64,000 bases of DNA from Oligoflexales bacterium (GCA_045105515.1 JBGCDR010000051.1:1-64000); one strand, 5' to 3'; shown: positions 39,884 to 49,541, counted from the first letter of the stretch. Notes: generated by a model not told the origin, from the letters alone. Program-made: numbers and translations.

Positions 39884-40363
39884 TCATGAGCCTTCTATAG
39901 CAAGGAGCTCCACTTCAAATATAAGAGTGCTACCTGGGGGGATTAATCCAGAAATACCTTTTTCGCCATAGGCTAAATGGGGAGGGATCGTAAGACGCCT
40001 TAGGCTTCCAACTGTCATACCAGATAAGCCTATTTCCCACCCTTTGATCACGGTCCCTTCGCCAAGGGTAAAGGTAAACACCTTACCGCGTTTTTCAGAA
40101 CTGTCGAAAAGAATGCCACTTTCAAAGAAAGCTTTGTAGCTAACCCGTAAAGTTTGATTTTGTTGGGCTTCTGCCCCTTTTCCCTGCTTAAGGTCTTTTA
40201 TTCCAAGTTCCCCAAGGTTTTTGTCTGATAAGAGAGCTTGCCCTGATGAGGTATTTATCGGCATGGCCGGTGCTTGCTCAATGGAACTTGATTGTCTCGC
40301 TCCTTTCTCGCAGGAAAAAAGAAATGTCATTAAAAGGATTAGTTCAGGTCTTAGAAGGTTCAT
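39884..40363 (-). CDS. FKBP-type peptidyl-prolyl isomerase lipoprotein
   Basis: LFSC lipobox; FDSS, VIKGWE, IPPHLAYG, TLIFEVEL. Confidence 0.93.
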   Translation of the reverse strand: MNLLRPELILLMTFLFSCEKGARQSSSIEQAPAMPINTSSGQALLSDKNLGELGIKDLKQGKGAEAQQNQTLRVSYKAFFESGILFDSSEKRGKVFTFTLGEGTVIKGWEIGLSGMTVGSLRRLTIPPHLAYGEKGISGLIPPGSTLIFEVELLAIEGS

Positions 40364-40394
40364 CTTAAATACTGCCCTTGAGAGGATTGATCTT

Positions 40395-40721
40395 TTACCT
40401 TGGCACTAACGGTTCAATATTATCACCATTGATACTGGTGGTCCCTATCTCAAAAGGAGTAAATAGAAACTTGTAATATTTCTTATCGCTATGTTTGAGC
40501 AGAAAAACCTTCTGAGTATTTTCGTACTCCTTGATCTGGAAGTACTCGTTTTTAAAACTGGATTTATCTACTTTGTTCGGCGGCAATCGTATCTTTGCGT
40601 CTTTGATTTCCACCTTTTCCGGTGAAAAAATTAGGTAGCTGGTGCCCGGAATCTTGGACTTCTGCCCATAGCTAACAAGACTCCATAGACCGTAAGATAG
40701 GATGATCAGGATTGCTTTCAT
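40395..40721 (-). CDS. Hypothetical secreted protein
   Basis: 108-aa ORF with an N-terminal signal-peptide-like segment. Confidence 0.55.
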   Translation of the reverse strand: MKAILIILSYGLWSLVSYGQKSKIPGTSYLIFSPEKVEIKDAKIRLPPNKVDKSSFKNEYFQIKEYENTQKVFLLKHSDKKYYKFLFTPFEIGTTSINGDNIEPLVPR

Positions 40722-40808
40722 ATAGGTCTTTCCATCTCGGGGTAATATTGGGTACTGGCATCAAAAAAGGAGATCCGACTTCAATCTTCGGTAACTTAGA
40801 TATCGTAA

Positions 40809-41330
40809 TCAAAATCCACACATAAAAGGGACCTTGTCATACAAAGGAAACCAATCGTCGGTCTTGTAAATAGGATGCTTTATTGCTCTAATTGGATTTG
40901 TAGGGTGTGGTTTGGTGACAAGCAAACCCTCTACACTTATTCGAATCCCACCACTACAAGCAGGGCCAATTGTGCATGATTCGCATTTTGCTCTAACTAA
41001 ATACCGGTTGCCGACCCTAGTATAGGTGGTCAAATCTCCGGGGGTGCCAATTTCAATTAAGGTTTCGGCAGCAGTTTTTGCGATTTCTACATAATCGCCA
41101 TCTGAGCAGGTGAAGCCCAAATCATCTAAGGTTGTTGCGCAGTCCACGTCTTTATTGATTTCGCTTTTAACATATAAAGACAGTAGCTTAAGGTGTTTTT
41201 GTTTTTCAAATCTTTTAAAATTCATAAATACCTGCATCATAAGTTGGACAGTCATTATCAATATCCCACTCATGATAAGAGTTTCTAGCAATCCTGCGCC
41301 GCATTGGCTTTTAAAGTACGACTCTTTCAT
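40809..41330 (-). CDS. Type IV pilin/pseudopilin-like protein
   Basis: Class III signal G|AGLLE (Glu at +5), a hydrophobic helix and a Cys-rich head; start placed at MKES. Confidence 0.65.
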   Translation of the reverse strand: MKESYFKSQCGAGLLETLIMSGILIMTVQLMMQVFMNFKRFEKQKHLKLLSLYVKSEINKDVDCATTLDDLGFTCSDGDYVEIAKTAAETLIEIGTPGDLTTYTRVGNRYLVRAKCESCTIGPACSGGIRISVEGLLVTKPHPTNPIRAIKHPIYKTDDWFPLYDKVPFMCGF

Positions 41331-41507
41331 ATCACTTCCCCGCTTAAAGGAAGTTCGGAAAGACACACCACCAACTTGAATACTAATAATAGTATTAATA
41401 ATTCTAAAATGTTGGCGAGAATCTTTCGCAGTATTTACAGCAGCTTTTGTTTTTAGTGTTTCGAAAAATTCAGGATTAAGAGCTTTAGATGACAGGAGCC
41501 TTTCAAT

Positions 41508-42464
41508 TTACCTGCACTTTTGCGCCAACCAGGAAGCTATAAATCCATAGTAATTTCTGTCGTCCTCAGGTGCTTGAAGGAGGCGGGGACTGGTGATATT
41601 GATTTCTGAAACTAGGTCTCCGATGATATCAAAACCTAGAAGCGGAATGCCTTTAGTAAGTAATGTACTAGCAATCCTTTCTACTTTTTTGCTTAGTGCC
41701 TCACTTGGCTTATATGCATGAATAGTGGCACCTGAACTTGTGTTGGCCATGAATTCTCCTGGCGAGGGTTTTTTCAGACTCCAGGCTAAAGCTTTGCCGC
41801 CAATGGTAAATACTCTAACTTCGCCTTCATAGATAAGCTGGTTGAAGGGTTGGGTAAGCCTCATTTGATGACCCTTTTGACTTGCTTCTTGTAGGCGCTC
41901 GAAGGCCTGTTGTTCACTAATTTCCACAAGATTTATGCGAAAAATGCCGCGGCCGCCATATAGGTCTAAAGGTTTTATGATTGCATCACCGTTGCAAGAG
42001 TTTTTGATAAACTCTAATATCTCTGCAGGATCAAAGCTTGCTAATGCAGGTCCTATGTCTTCTGGGAACTGCATGATTCCTAGCTTTTCATTGAAGCTTC
42101 GAAGTGCGGATGGCGCGTTAAACACTTGAGTTTTTTGGCCCACGGCATCCAATAACCAGGTGATTGACATGTAGTTCATGTCAAAAGGAGGCTCTTTACG
42201 CATATGGATTCCAGAAAATTCATCCATTGGATATGCTTGTTTGCTGTTTAGATCTACAGATGCAGGTTCAAAATCTTCGAACTCCATCGATGCTGCCTTG
42301 ACAAATGGTCGACCTGCAATGGAATTCCATGATAGATCGATAGGGACGGAGAAATAGCATTGATGGCCAAGCCTAGATAATTCACTTGCCATTCGTAGAC
42401 TACTATCCAATTTGAAGTTTAGTTTATCAAGAGGGTCCATGATAAAAAGGTGTTTCTGATGCAT
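41508..42464 (-). CDS. gshB: Glutathione synthetase
   Basis: FIMDPL...DSS, MRKEPPFD, NEKL, KPL..GGRG, EINITSP. Confidence 0.9.
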   Translation of the reverse strand: MHQKHLFIMDPLDKLNFKLDSSLRMASELSRLGHQCYFSVPIDLSWNSIAGRPFVKAASMEFEDFEPASVDLNSKQAYPMDEFSGIHMRKEPPFDMNYMSITWLLDAVGQKTQVFNAPSALRSFNEKLGIMQFPEDIGPALASFDPAEILEFIKNSCNGDAIIKPLDLYGGRGIFRINLVEISEQQAFERLQEASQKGHQMRLTQPFNQLIYEGEVRVFTIGGKALAWSLKKPSPGEFMANTSSGATIHAYKPSEALSKKVERIASTLLTKGIPLLGFDIIGDLVSEINITSPRLLQAPEDDRNYYGFIASWLAQKCR

Positions 42465-42590
42465 ATGAGATCCTTAGGCTTGATCTTTTTTCGATGGAAA
42501 ATGGTGATTTCGGCATTAAACTTTGGATACATGCTTTATGAACCCCAAAAATAGATCAACTTGATCGTGATATAAAGAGAAAGGTTTACA

Positions 42591-43781
42591 ATGAAGTTTA
42601 ATCGCTTAGAAGAGGTGAATCTCGAGGGTAAGGCAGTCCTGGTGCGCCTGGACCTGAATGTCCCTCTTTCAGACGGCAAAATACTCGACGATACTAGGAT
42701 TCAAGCATCATTACCAACTTTAAGGTATTTGCAGTCTAAGCACGCGAAAATTGCCATCATGAGTCACCTTGGCCGACCAAAGGGAAAGGTGAACTCAAAG
42801 TTTTCTCTTGAACCTGTGGGTGAGCGACTTGCAGAAATTTTGGACTGTGAAGTCGTCATGGTTAATGACTATCATAAAGAACCGGCTGACCAGGTTTTAA
42901 AGCAGCTAGGGAAAAACCAAATCATGATGTTTGAGAACCTGCGCTTCCATGCAGGGGAAACGGCTAACGATTCAGAGTTTGCACAAATTCTAATCAAGGG
43001 AGTCGACTTTTATGTGAATGATGCTTTTGGGGCAGCCCATCGGTCCCATGCTTCGGTGGTTGCTGCACCGAACTATTTACCAAAAGACCACTGCTTTCCT
43101 GGTTACTTAATGACAAAAGAAATCGAAGCTTTAGATAAGCTCAAGAATAGTCCCAAGGTACCCTTTACTGTAGCTATTGGTGGGGCTAAGGTATCAGATA
43201 AAATTGGCGTGATTTTAAGCCTTATAGAAAAGTGCAACCACCTTCTGATCGGTGGGGCTATGGCATACACTCTTTTAAAGTATAAGGGGTTCCGAGTTGG
43301 GACCTCTAAAGTTGAAGAAGATAAAATGGATCTGGTTGAAGCAATTTTTCGTAATGCTGAAAGTAGAAAGGTTGCAATTGAATTACCTATAGACCATGTT
43401 TGTGCTGAAGCATTTGAATCTAAAACAGCAGCTGTTGTGGTGAATGATATCAACATTCCTGATCATCTGATGGGCCTAGACATCGGGCCTCAGACTATTG
43501 CGAAATATCGTGAGATTATAAAATCGTCATCAACTGTGTTGTGGAATGGTCCCATGGGAGTTTTCGAATGGGACGCTTTCGCAAAAGGAACGACCGCTCT
43601 TGCTGAGGAAATCAGCGAGTGTGCAGGTTATACCGTTTTGGGAGGTGGGGAGTCAGTAGCAGCAGCACAGAAAGCTGGGGTTGCTGACAAAATAAAGCAC
43701 GTTTCAACTGGCGGAGGCGCTTCTTTAGAATATCTAGAAGGGGCTCATTTACCTGGAATTAAAGCACTTGAGTTGGTTTAG
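42591..43781 (+). CDS. pgk: Phosphoglycerate kinase
   Basis: RLDLNVP, SHLGRP, NDAFGAAHR, GGAKVSDK, STGGGASLE. Confidence 0.97.
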   Translation: MKFNRLEEVNLEGKAVLVRLDLNVPLSDGKILDDTRIQASLPTLRYLQSKHAKIAIMSHLGRPKGKVNSKFSLEPVGERLAEILDCEVVMVNDYHKEPADQVLKQLGKNQIMMFENLRFHAGETANDSEFAQILIKGVDFYVNDAFGAAHRSHASVVAAPNYLPKDHCFPGYLMTKEIEALDKLKNSPKVPFTVAIGGAKVSDKIGVILSLIEKCNHLLIGGAMAYTLLKYKGFRVGTSKVEEDKMDLVEAIFRNAESRKVAIELPIDHVCAEAFESKTAAVVVNDINIPDHLMGLDIGPQTIAKYREIIKSSSTVLWNGPMGVFEWDAFAKGTTALAEEISECAGYTVLGGGESVAAAQKAGVADKIKHVSTGGGASLEYLEGAHLPGIKALELV

Positions 43782-43803
43782 CCTAATTTGTTGAAGGAGG
43801 CTT

Positions 43804-44583
43804 GTGATGAGAAAGCAATTGTTAGCTGGAAATTGGAAAATGAATGGTTCAGCATCAGTTTTAGAGAACTACTTCTCAGAGTTTCGCGAATGCCTTGGGC
43901 TTCCAATTTCACAAGTTATAGAAAAAGTAGATATTAGCCTTGCTTTACCCTTTACTTTATTGGGAAAGGCAAAAGAAATTTTTCGGGAAACTGGAGTGCA
44001 GATAGCAGCACAAAATTGTCATTTTGAGGAAAAGGGAGCTTATACAGGCGAAATTTCCTTGGAGATGCTAGTAGAGCTTGGCATCAATGCTAGCTTGGTG
44101 GCCCATAGTGAGCGTCGGCAGTACTATAATGAGACTGATAACACTGCAAGTCAAAAGGTCAAAAGCCTTCTGAACAAAGGGTTTATTCCTATCTTGTGTG
44201 TTGGTGAAACGCAGGCTGAAAGAGAGCAAGGTCAAACTACCAAGGTCTTGGAAACTCAGCTTTCTGCTGTGTTTGATGGTTTGAAGAGTACTCAGTCATT
44301 GGTGCTTGCCTATGAACCTGTGTGGGCAATTGGAACTGGCCTTGCAGCAACCCCTGAGTTAGCCAATGATGCACACAAATATATTAGGTCTTTCATCAAG
44401 GAAAAGTTTGGCGAAAAAACTGCTGCCAAAACGAGAATTCTTTATGGTGGTAGTATGAAACCTGACAACGTAGATAGCCTTTTGAAAATGGAGCATATTG
44501 ATGGAGGCTTAGTGGGAGGTGCGTCCCTAAAGCCAGCAGACTTTGCAATAATGGTCAAAGATGCAATAAAGTTAAGCAGCTGA
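43804..44583 (+). CDS. tpiA: Triosephosphate isomerase
   Basis: AGNWKMN, HSERR, AYEPVWAIGTG, YGGS, LVGGASL. Confidence 0.97.
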   Translation: MMRKQLLAGNWKMNGSASVLENYFSEFRECLGLPISQVIEKVDISLALPFTLLGKAKEIFRETGVQIAAQNCHFEEKGAYTGEISLEMLVELGINASLVAHSERRQYYNETDNTASQKVKSLLNKGFIPILCVGETQAEREQGQTTKVLETQLSAVFDGLKSTQSLVLAYEPVWAIGTGLAATPELANDAHKYIRSFIKEKFGEKTAAKTRILYGGSMKPDNVDSLLKMEHIDGGLVGGASLKPADFAIMVKDAIKLSS

Positions 44584-44916
44584 ATAGTGGATTTGCTGGC
44601 GTGAGGCATGGCAGCCTTCGATAGCAGCATGAAATTGCTTAGAATGGCACAAAAGTTCAGAGGTTAGCAGTAGGGTGATATCGGTATTCAGCCGATTAAC
44701 GCCTCTTTTCTTTAAAATCTTTAAAAGTTCGACGACTCCACCTTCTGGCCTAAAAATGATATTGTTAGTTTTAAACTGACCTGCCTTTTCAACAAGGTCT
44801 TCCTCTGATTTAACCCCCTCAACTTTCAGCTTTACATTTAACTTGGCTTCCAGCAGTTGCTTGGTTGTAAAGTACTTATAACAATTATCTTCTATGATTA
44901 GGATTTGGGTTTTCAT
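44572..44916 (-). CDS. Atypical (pseudo-)receiver domain protein
   Basis: Starts ILIIEDN, but the phospho-Asp position reads IIFR. SD GGGAGG precedes ATG 44916. Confidence 0.6.
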   Translation of the reverse strand: MKTQILIIEDNCYKYFTTKQLLEAKLNVKLKVEGVKSEEDLVEKAGQFKTNNIIFRPEGGVVELLKILKKRGVNRLNTDITLLLTSELLCHSKQFHAAIEGCHASRQQIHYSAA

Positions 44917-44959
44917 GTGCACCTCCCTGGCAAAGCTCAATTTCTTCCAATTTAGGTAC

Positions 44960-44975
44960 TGCATTTCGGGTGCCA
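44960..44975 (-). promoter_or_regulatory. Sigma54 promoter
   Basis: TGGCACCCGAAATGCA (TGGCAC, GG-N10-GC), 44 bp upstream of ATG 44916. Confidence 0.6.
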
Positions 44976-45198
44976 GATTCATATACACGCCATATTAAAA
45001 GACAAATAAATATATGGGTGATTTTGACTACAAGTGTGATAGATAACTAAGCCTCTGAGGAGTTGCAGGTGTATCTTTAAGGACATAGGTTTCTTAAACC
45101 TTCTAAAATTAAATGATTTTTTAAGATACACACCTGACAAAAGTTAAGATTGCTTGCTTTGGTTTTCGATGCAAGTTCGATAAAGAAGGAAGAATATT

Positions 45199-46575
45199 AT
45201 TAATAAGAAGGTACATATTGTCGGAGGAGGCTTAGCTGGTTCTGAAGCAGCTTGGCAGGCATTGCAGATGGGTGCTTCTGTCGTTTTGTATGAGATGCGG
45301 CCAAAGCAACTTACCCCTGCCCATAAGACTGGCGATCTTGCAGAGCTAGTTTGCTCAAACTCACTGAAATCATTGGATGAGCATAGTGTTCCCGGGATGC
45401 TAAAGCAAGAGATGGCCGCATTCAAATCTTTGATTGTAGGTGCGGCTTTTAAAGCACAGGTGCCAGCTGGTGCTGCCTTAGCTGTAGATAGGTCATTGTT
45501 TTCACAGGAAATTTCAACGCGTTTGAATGAACACCCTTGCTTTGAACGTGTTGACCAGGAAGTGACTTCTATTCCTTCACAAGAGCAGCTAGCTAGCAAG
45601 GATGAGTGCATGATAATTGCCTCAGGTCCACTTACTAGTACCGGGCTATCTGAAGAAATTAAGAAATTGTGTGGTGGGGATGAAAGTTTATACTTTTATG
45701 ACGCCATTGCTCCGGTCTTGGCCGCTGAGTCTCTTGATTGGAATCACTGCTTCCGTGCAGATCGATATGGGAAGGGTGATGGTGATTATGTAAACCTTCC
45801 TTTAAATAAAGAGCAGTACGAAGCTTTTTTAGCAGACGTCACAGAAGCAGAGAAGGTGCCACTTCACAGTTTTGAGAAGGTTGACTATTTTGAGTCCTGT
45901 TTGCCCATAGAAGTAATGGTCGAACGTGGTCCCGAAACTCTGCGTTTTGGTCCATTAAAGCCGGTAGGTCTAGTTGATCCAAAAACGGAGAAACAGCCTT
46001 ATGCTTGCATTCAGCTGAGGATGGAAAATACAGCAGGCTCTATGTATTCCATGGTTGGCTTCCAAACGAAAATGAAGTGGCCGGAACAAAAACGTGTATT
46101 TTCCAAAATACCAGCTTTACGTGATGTAGAGTTTTTACGTTATGGTTCGGTACATCGTAATACCTATGTTCAGAGTCCTAAGGTCCTAAATCCAAACCTA
46201 TCTTTCAGAAATAATAACCGTGTCTTTCTTGCAGGTCAGATTACGGGAGTAGAAGGGTATACGGAGTCAGCAGCAATGGGACTGATTGCTGGCAGAGCAT
46301 GCTCAGCATTTCTGGGACTTGGCCCCTTTTTACTACCCCCAGTAACCAGCGTCATGGGGGCATTGCTCAATTACGTGACTTTTGGATGCAGAGGAAAGTT
46401 TGCACCAATGAACGCTAATTTTGGCTTATTACCAACGATGCAAAAAAAGCGTGGGATGAGTAAAAAAGATAAAAAAGTACAACAAAGCCTAAAATGTCAG
46501 GAGGCTTTTGCCACTTACTTTAAAGACAATCAGGTAGGGAGTTTACCCTGTGAATTGGGGGAAGGTCTGAGTTAA
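45199..46575 (+). CDS. trmFO: tRNA (uracil-5)-methyltransferase TrmFO (Gid), non-canonical ATT start
   Basis: HIVGGGLAGSEAAW, ELVCSNS, FYDAIAP, FESCLPIE, AGQITGVEGY. The Rossmann motif lies upstream of the first ATG/GTG/TTG. Confidence 0.93.
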   Translation: MNKKVHIVGGGLAGSEAAWQALQMGASVVLYEMRPKQLTPAHKTGDLAELVCSNSLKSLDEHSVPGMLKQEMAAFKSLIVGAAFKAQVPAGAALAVDRSLFSQEISTRLNEHPCFERVDQEVTSIPSQEQLASKDECMIIASGPLTSTGLSEEIKKLCGGDESLYFYDAIAPVLAAESLDWNHCFRADRYGKGDGDYVNLPLNKEQYEAFLADVTEAEKVPLHSFEKVDYFESCLPIEVMVERGPETLRFGPLKPVGLVDPKTEKQPYACIQLRMENTAGSMYSMVGFQTKMKWPEQKRVFSKIPALRDVEFLRYGSVHRNTYVQSPKVLNPNLSFRNNNRVFLAGQITGVEGYTESAAMGLIAGRACSAFLGLGPFLLPPVTSVMGALLNYVTFGCRGKFAPMNANFGLLPTMQKKRGMSKKDKKVQQSLKCQEAFATYFKDNQVGSLPCELGEGLS

Positions 46576-46593
46576 GTAATTCTAATCTTGAAA

Positions 46594-46791
46594 TTATAAG
46601 GACTTTTTATCTGCTTCTAAGGCAGATGTCACCAAGCCGATCAATTGACTAGAAACTCCAATGATATCCTTGTTCTGGCAACCTTCATCTTTTAGTGACC
46701 GGTAAATCGAGTTGGCAAGAACTCTGACAGTTTTATCGGGAATTGGTTGAGCTTTCTTCTTTTTATCCTTTAGTGCGGTATCAAATTTCAT
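46594..46791 (-). CDS. Small hypothetical protein (65 aa)
   Basis: Strong GAGGAG SD, amphipathic helices (VRVLANSIYRSLKDEG...IIGVSSQLIGLVT), upstream sigma54-like promoter. Confidence 0.7.
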   Translation of the reverse strand: MKFDTALKDKKKKAQPIPDKTVRVLANSIYRSLKDEGCQNKDIIGVSSQLIGLVTSALEADKKSL

Positions 46792-46891
46792 TTATGGGCT
46801 CCTCAAACCTATTGATTCTGCTAATTTAGCGTTAGTTGTAATCGATTTAATTTAACTGAGCTTCTAATGTGGGAAGCATTGCTGTATTTTG

Positions 46892-46907
46892 TACAATAAT
46901 CATGCCA
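46892..46907 (-). promoter_or_regulatory. Sigma54-like promoter (-12 variant)
   Basis: TGGCATGATTATTGTA; a palindrome CTTGAC-N10-GTCAAG lies upstream at 46950-46971. Confidence 0.45.
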
Positions 46908-47178
46908 GTTGGTCTGCATAGAATAATTCGATTACAAGTACAAATATACCTTGACTATTTCATCGGTCAAGTTGCCATCAGTTTAAGAGCAAAAACTTTA
47001 TACAGTCCCATAAGGCCTCTTAACGTGGTAAAAAAGTCACATGATTAGAAGAAACCTGTCGCTTTCGAGCCACAGATGTTTTAACTGTTTTTGCGGGACA
47101 GACTGACAAACGCATGTGCCTAATGGCGAGACTTCTGGGTTCTCTGAAAATTGGTGCATTTATTTGCTTGGAGCAGTA

Positions 47179-48042
47179 GTGAAAGATTTAGTGATCCTTA
47201 TGAAGTTCATTCCTCAAAATTTCCTAAGCTTTATATGTGGTTATTTAGCCCGCCTCAAGCTTCCCGGAAAGATTCAAAAAATTCTCAATAGCTTGTTCGC
47301 TCTTAGCTTTGGCATAGATATGAGTGAAGCGGAAAAGCCATGTGCTGATTTCAACTCAATTGAAGATTTGTTTACTCGAAAATTAGAGGTGGGTGCAAGA
47401 AGAGTCCAAGGGGAGGTTGTCTCACCTTGCGATGGTTTCTTAGCGATATCAATGGCTCCTGAAGATGGCAGTGTGATCCAAGCAAAAGGCATCAAATACC
47501 ATTTTAAAAACTTATTGCTTGGAAATAAGCCGGATTTTGACCAGGAATTTGTTCCTGGCTGGGTTTCTACTATTTATCTTGCACCACATAATTATCACCG
47601 TGTTCACAGTCCAGTGTCAGGTGAGCTCCGTTCCATTCGTTATATTCCTGGTCAGCTTTGGCCGGTCAACAAAGCTGCTGTTTTAAAAATCCCTAAGCTA
47701 TTTATTAAAAACGAACGCATGGTCTTCGAAATTGAAACAAAATCCCATGGTAAAGTCTATGTAGTCATGGTAGGAGCTTTTAACGTTGGTCGGATAGAGA
47801 CTAAGTTTTGGCCAAAATTTGCAAGCAACTCTTGGGATCGTCAGTTTAAGGCTTCTCCAATAGAACTTGATATGAGGCATCCCGCTGCTTGTAACATAGA
47901 GAAAGGGGAGGAGCTTGGTGTATTTATGCTCGGTTCAACCGTGGTCACTGTCTTTTCCGAATCTTTCGCTAGTGCTTTTGGCTTTTACGAAGCTCAAGCA
48001 GGCGAGCCAATTCGGATGGGCCAGAGCCTATTGAAAGACTAA
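47179..48042 (+). CDS. psd: Phosphatidylserine decarboxylase proenzyme
   Basis: FTRKL, SPCDG, YLAPHNYHRVH, NER, VGAFNVG, LGST cleavage motif. GTG 47179 follows GGAG. Confidence 0.93.
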   Translation: MKDLVILMKFIPQNFLSFICGYLARLKLPGKIQKILNSLFALSFGIDMSEAEKPCADFNSIEDLFTRKLEVGARRVQGEVVSPCDGFLAISMAPEDGSVIQAKGIKYHFKNLLLGNKPDFDQEFVPGWVSTIYLAPHNYHRVHSPVSGELRSIRYIPGQLWPVNKAAVLKIPKLFIKNERMVFEIETKSHGKVYVVMVGAFNVGRIETKFWPKFASNSWDRQFKASPIELDMRHPAACNIEKGEELGVFMLGSTVVTVFSESFASAFGFYEAQAGEPIRMGQSLLKD

Positions 48043-48101
48043 TTGGGATTTACTGAAACCTAGAGGAAATACTGCTTTAGAAAAGCAATGGAGATTCGCC
48101 T

Positions 48102-49541
48102 GTGCAGATAACGAGAGAAAAGCATCAGACTAAGATTATTTGTTCTCTTGATAGCGTTGGCTTGAAGCCCGATTATGCCAAGGATTTTTCTGACCGCACC
48201 GATATCGCTGCTTTGCGGATTTTGTATGATCCAAGAAACACAAAAAAAATTTTGGAGTTCATACCTTTAGTTGACGAATTCAGATCCCCTGAGTTGAATA
48301 AAATCCCTATTATGATTGACGTTGGTTCATTTCCCCGAGCAAGCGTCGCAAACATAAAATTAAATGAAGATCTCCAGTATTCTCAGATCTTGAATATATC
48401 CAAGCTTGGCATGGGTGGAGATATTGAGATTAATACCGAGGACTGGCAGAGTCTATTTGCTAAGAATGAATCACTGTTTTTTGGCTTTGGCAGTATTGAA
48501 TGCCGGGTCTTGGAAATTGGTAAGGAGCAAGTAAAGGTCAAGGTCTTAAAAGGAGGAGGCTTAGTTGCAGGAACCGCTGTCCATGTGCCTGCAACTAGAA
48601 AAGCTCCTTCAATATTTGACCTAAGCTATATTGACATTAAACCCTTCCAAGAACTGGGGGTTGATTATGTGGTTCTACCGGGAGTAAATTCTGCTCGTGA
48701 AATTGCTGTGGTGAGAAAAAAGTTGGATAATGATCGCAGCAAATGCCCATGGCTCCTTATTAGAGTCGACCACCTAGATGTCTATGAAAAAGTAAATGAC
48801 CTCTTAGATGAAGCTGATGGTGTGCTTATATCAAGACGAGACTTAGCTCTGACCATGGAGGCTGCCACGGTCCCGATGGTTTGCAAAGAGGTTATCCGCG
48901 AATGCAACAAGAAGGCTAAGCTTGCAATCATTGCAAGTGATATCCTTGGTTCTCTTCAGTTCAATCCCACTCCGACGCGAGCTGAAGTTTCCGACATAGC
49001 TAATTCAGTTATGGATGGTACGGATGCGATTGTTCTTTCTGAAGAAGTCGCTCACGGGAAGCACCTTATGCGTGGTTTATCTTTATGTCGCAGTATTATT
49101 CTAGATGTGGAAGAACAACAAACTGAAGCCGATATAAATTGGAAAAAAGAAGAGTTAGCTATCAATAATGAATTAGATGCAGTAGCCTTCCATGCTTTTA
49201 AAACAGCTCAAAGAGTTAAGGCAAAGGCAATTGTTTGTCTTACTAAAGAGGGAAATACTGCTCTAAGGCTTGCGAGATTTCGTACCTCTGTACCGGTGAT
49301 CGCTGTTACCTTTAGCCAGGAGGTTAAACGTCGTTTGTCTCTGGTAAGAGGTGTGTATTCCATGGTCCTTGATATTGCGCCTCATTTGGATGAAGTGCTA
49401 CCGGTTGTGAATAAACATTTGAAACGAGAAGGTTGGTTGCGAAGTGGGGACAAGATTGTCTTTGTAACCGTAACTCTCTCATCTGTTGGGCGTGAAGCAA
49501 GCAATTTATTTACCATTCAGAGTGTAGATAGGTTAAAATAG
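48102..49541 (+). CDS. Pyruvate kinase-like protein with degenerate active site
   Basis: PTRAEVSDIAN..DGTDA and the C-domain (T..GNTA..LARFR) are retained; several catalytic motifs are altered. Confidence 0.85.
   Translation: MQITREKHQTKIICSLDSVGLKPDYAKDFSDRTDIAALRILYDPRNTKKILEFIPLVDEFRSPELNKIPIMIDVGSFPRASVANIKLNEDLQYSQILNISKLGMGGDIEINTEDWQSLFAKNESLFFGFGSIECRVLEIGKEQVKVKVLKGGGLVAGTAVHVPATRKAPSIFDLSYIDIKPFQELGVDYVVLPGVNSAREIAVVRKKLDNDRSKCPWLLIRVDHLDVYEKVNDLLDEADGVLISRRDLALTMEAATVPMVCKEVIRECNKKAKLAIIASDILGSLQFNPTPTRAEVSDIANSVMDGTDAIVLSEEVAHGKHLMRGLSLCRSIILDVEEQQTEADINWKKEELAINNELDAVAFHAFKTAQRVKAKAIVCLTKEGNTALRLARFRTSVPVIAVTFSQEVKRRLSLVRGVYSMVLDIAPHLDEVLPVVNKHLKREGWLRSGDKIVFVTVTLSSVGREASNLFTIQSVDRLK

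Noticed and set aside
41379..41396. AATACTA-N4-TAGTATT palindrome upstream of the pilin-like gene
   Set aside because: An AT-rich 7-bp repeat in an AT-rich spacer is not distinguishable from chance.
45144..45611. 155-aa minus-strand ORF
   Set aside because: It is antisense to the well-conserved trmFO.
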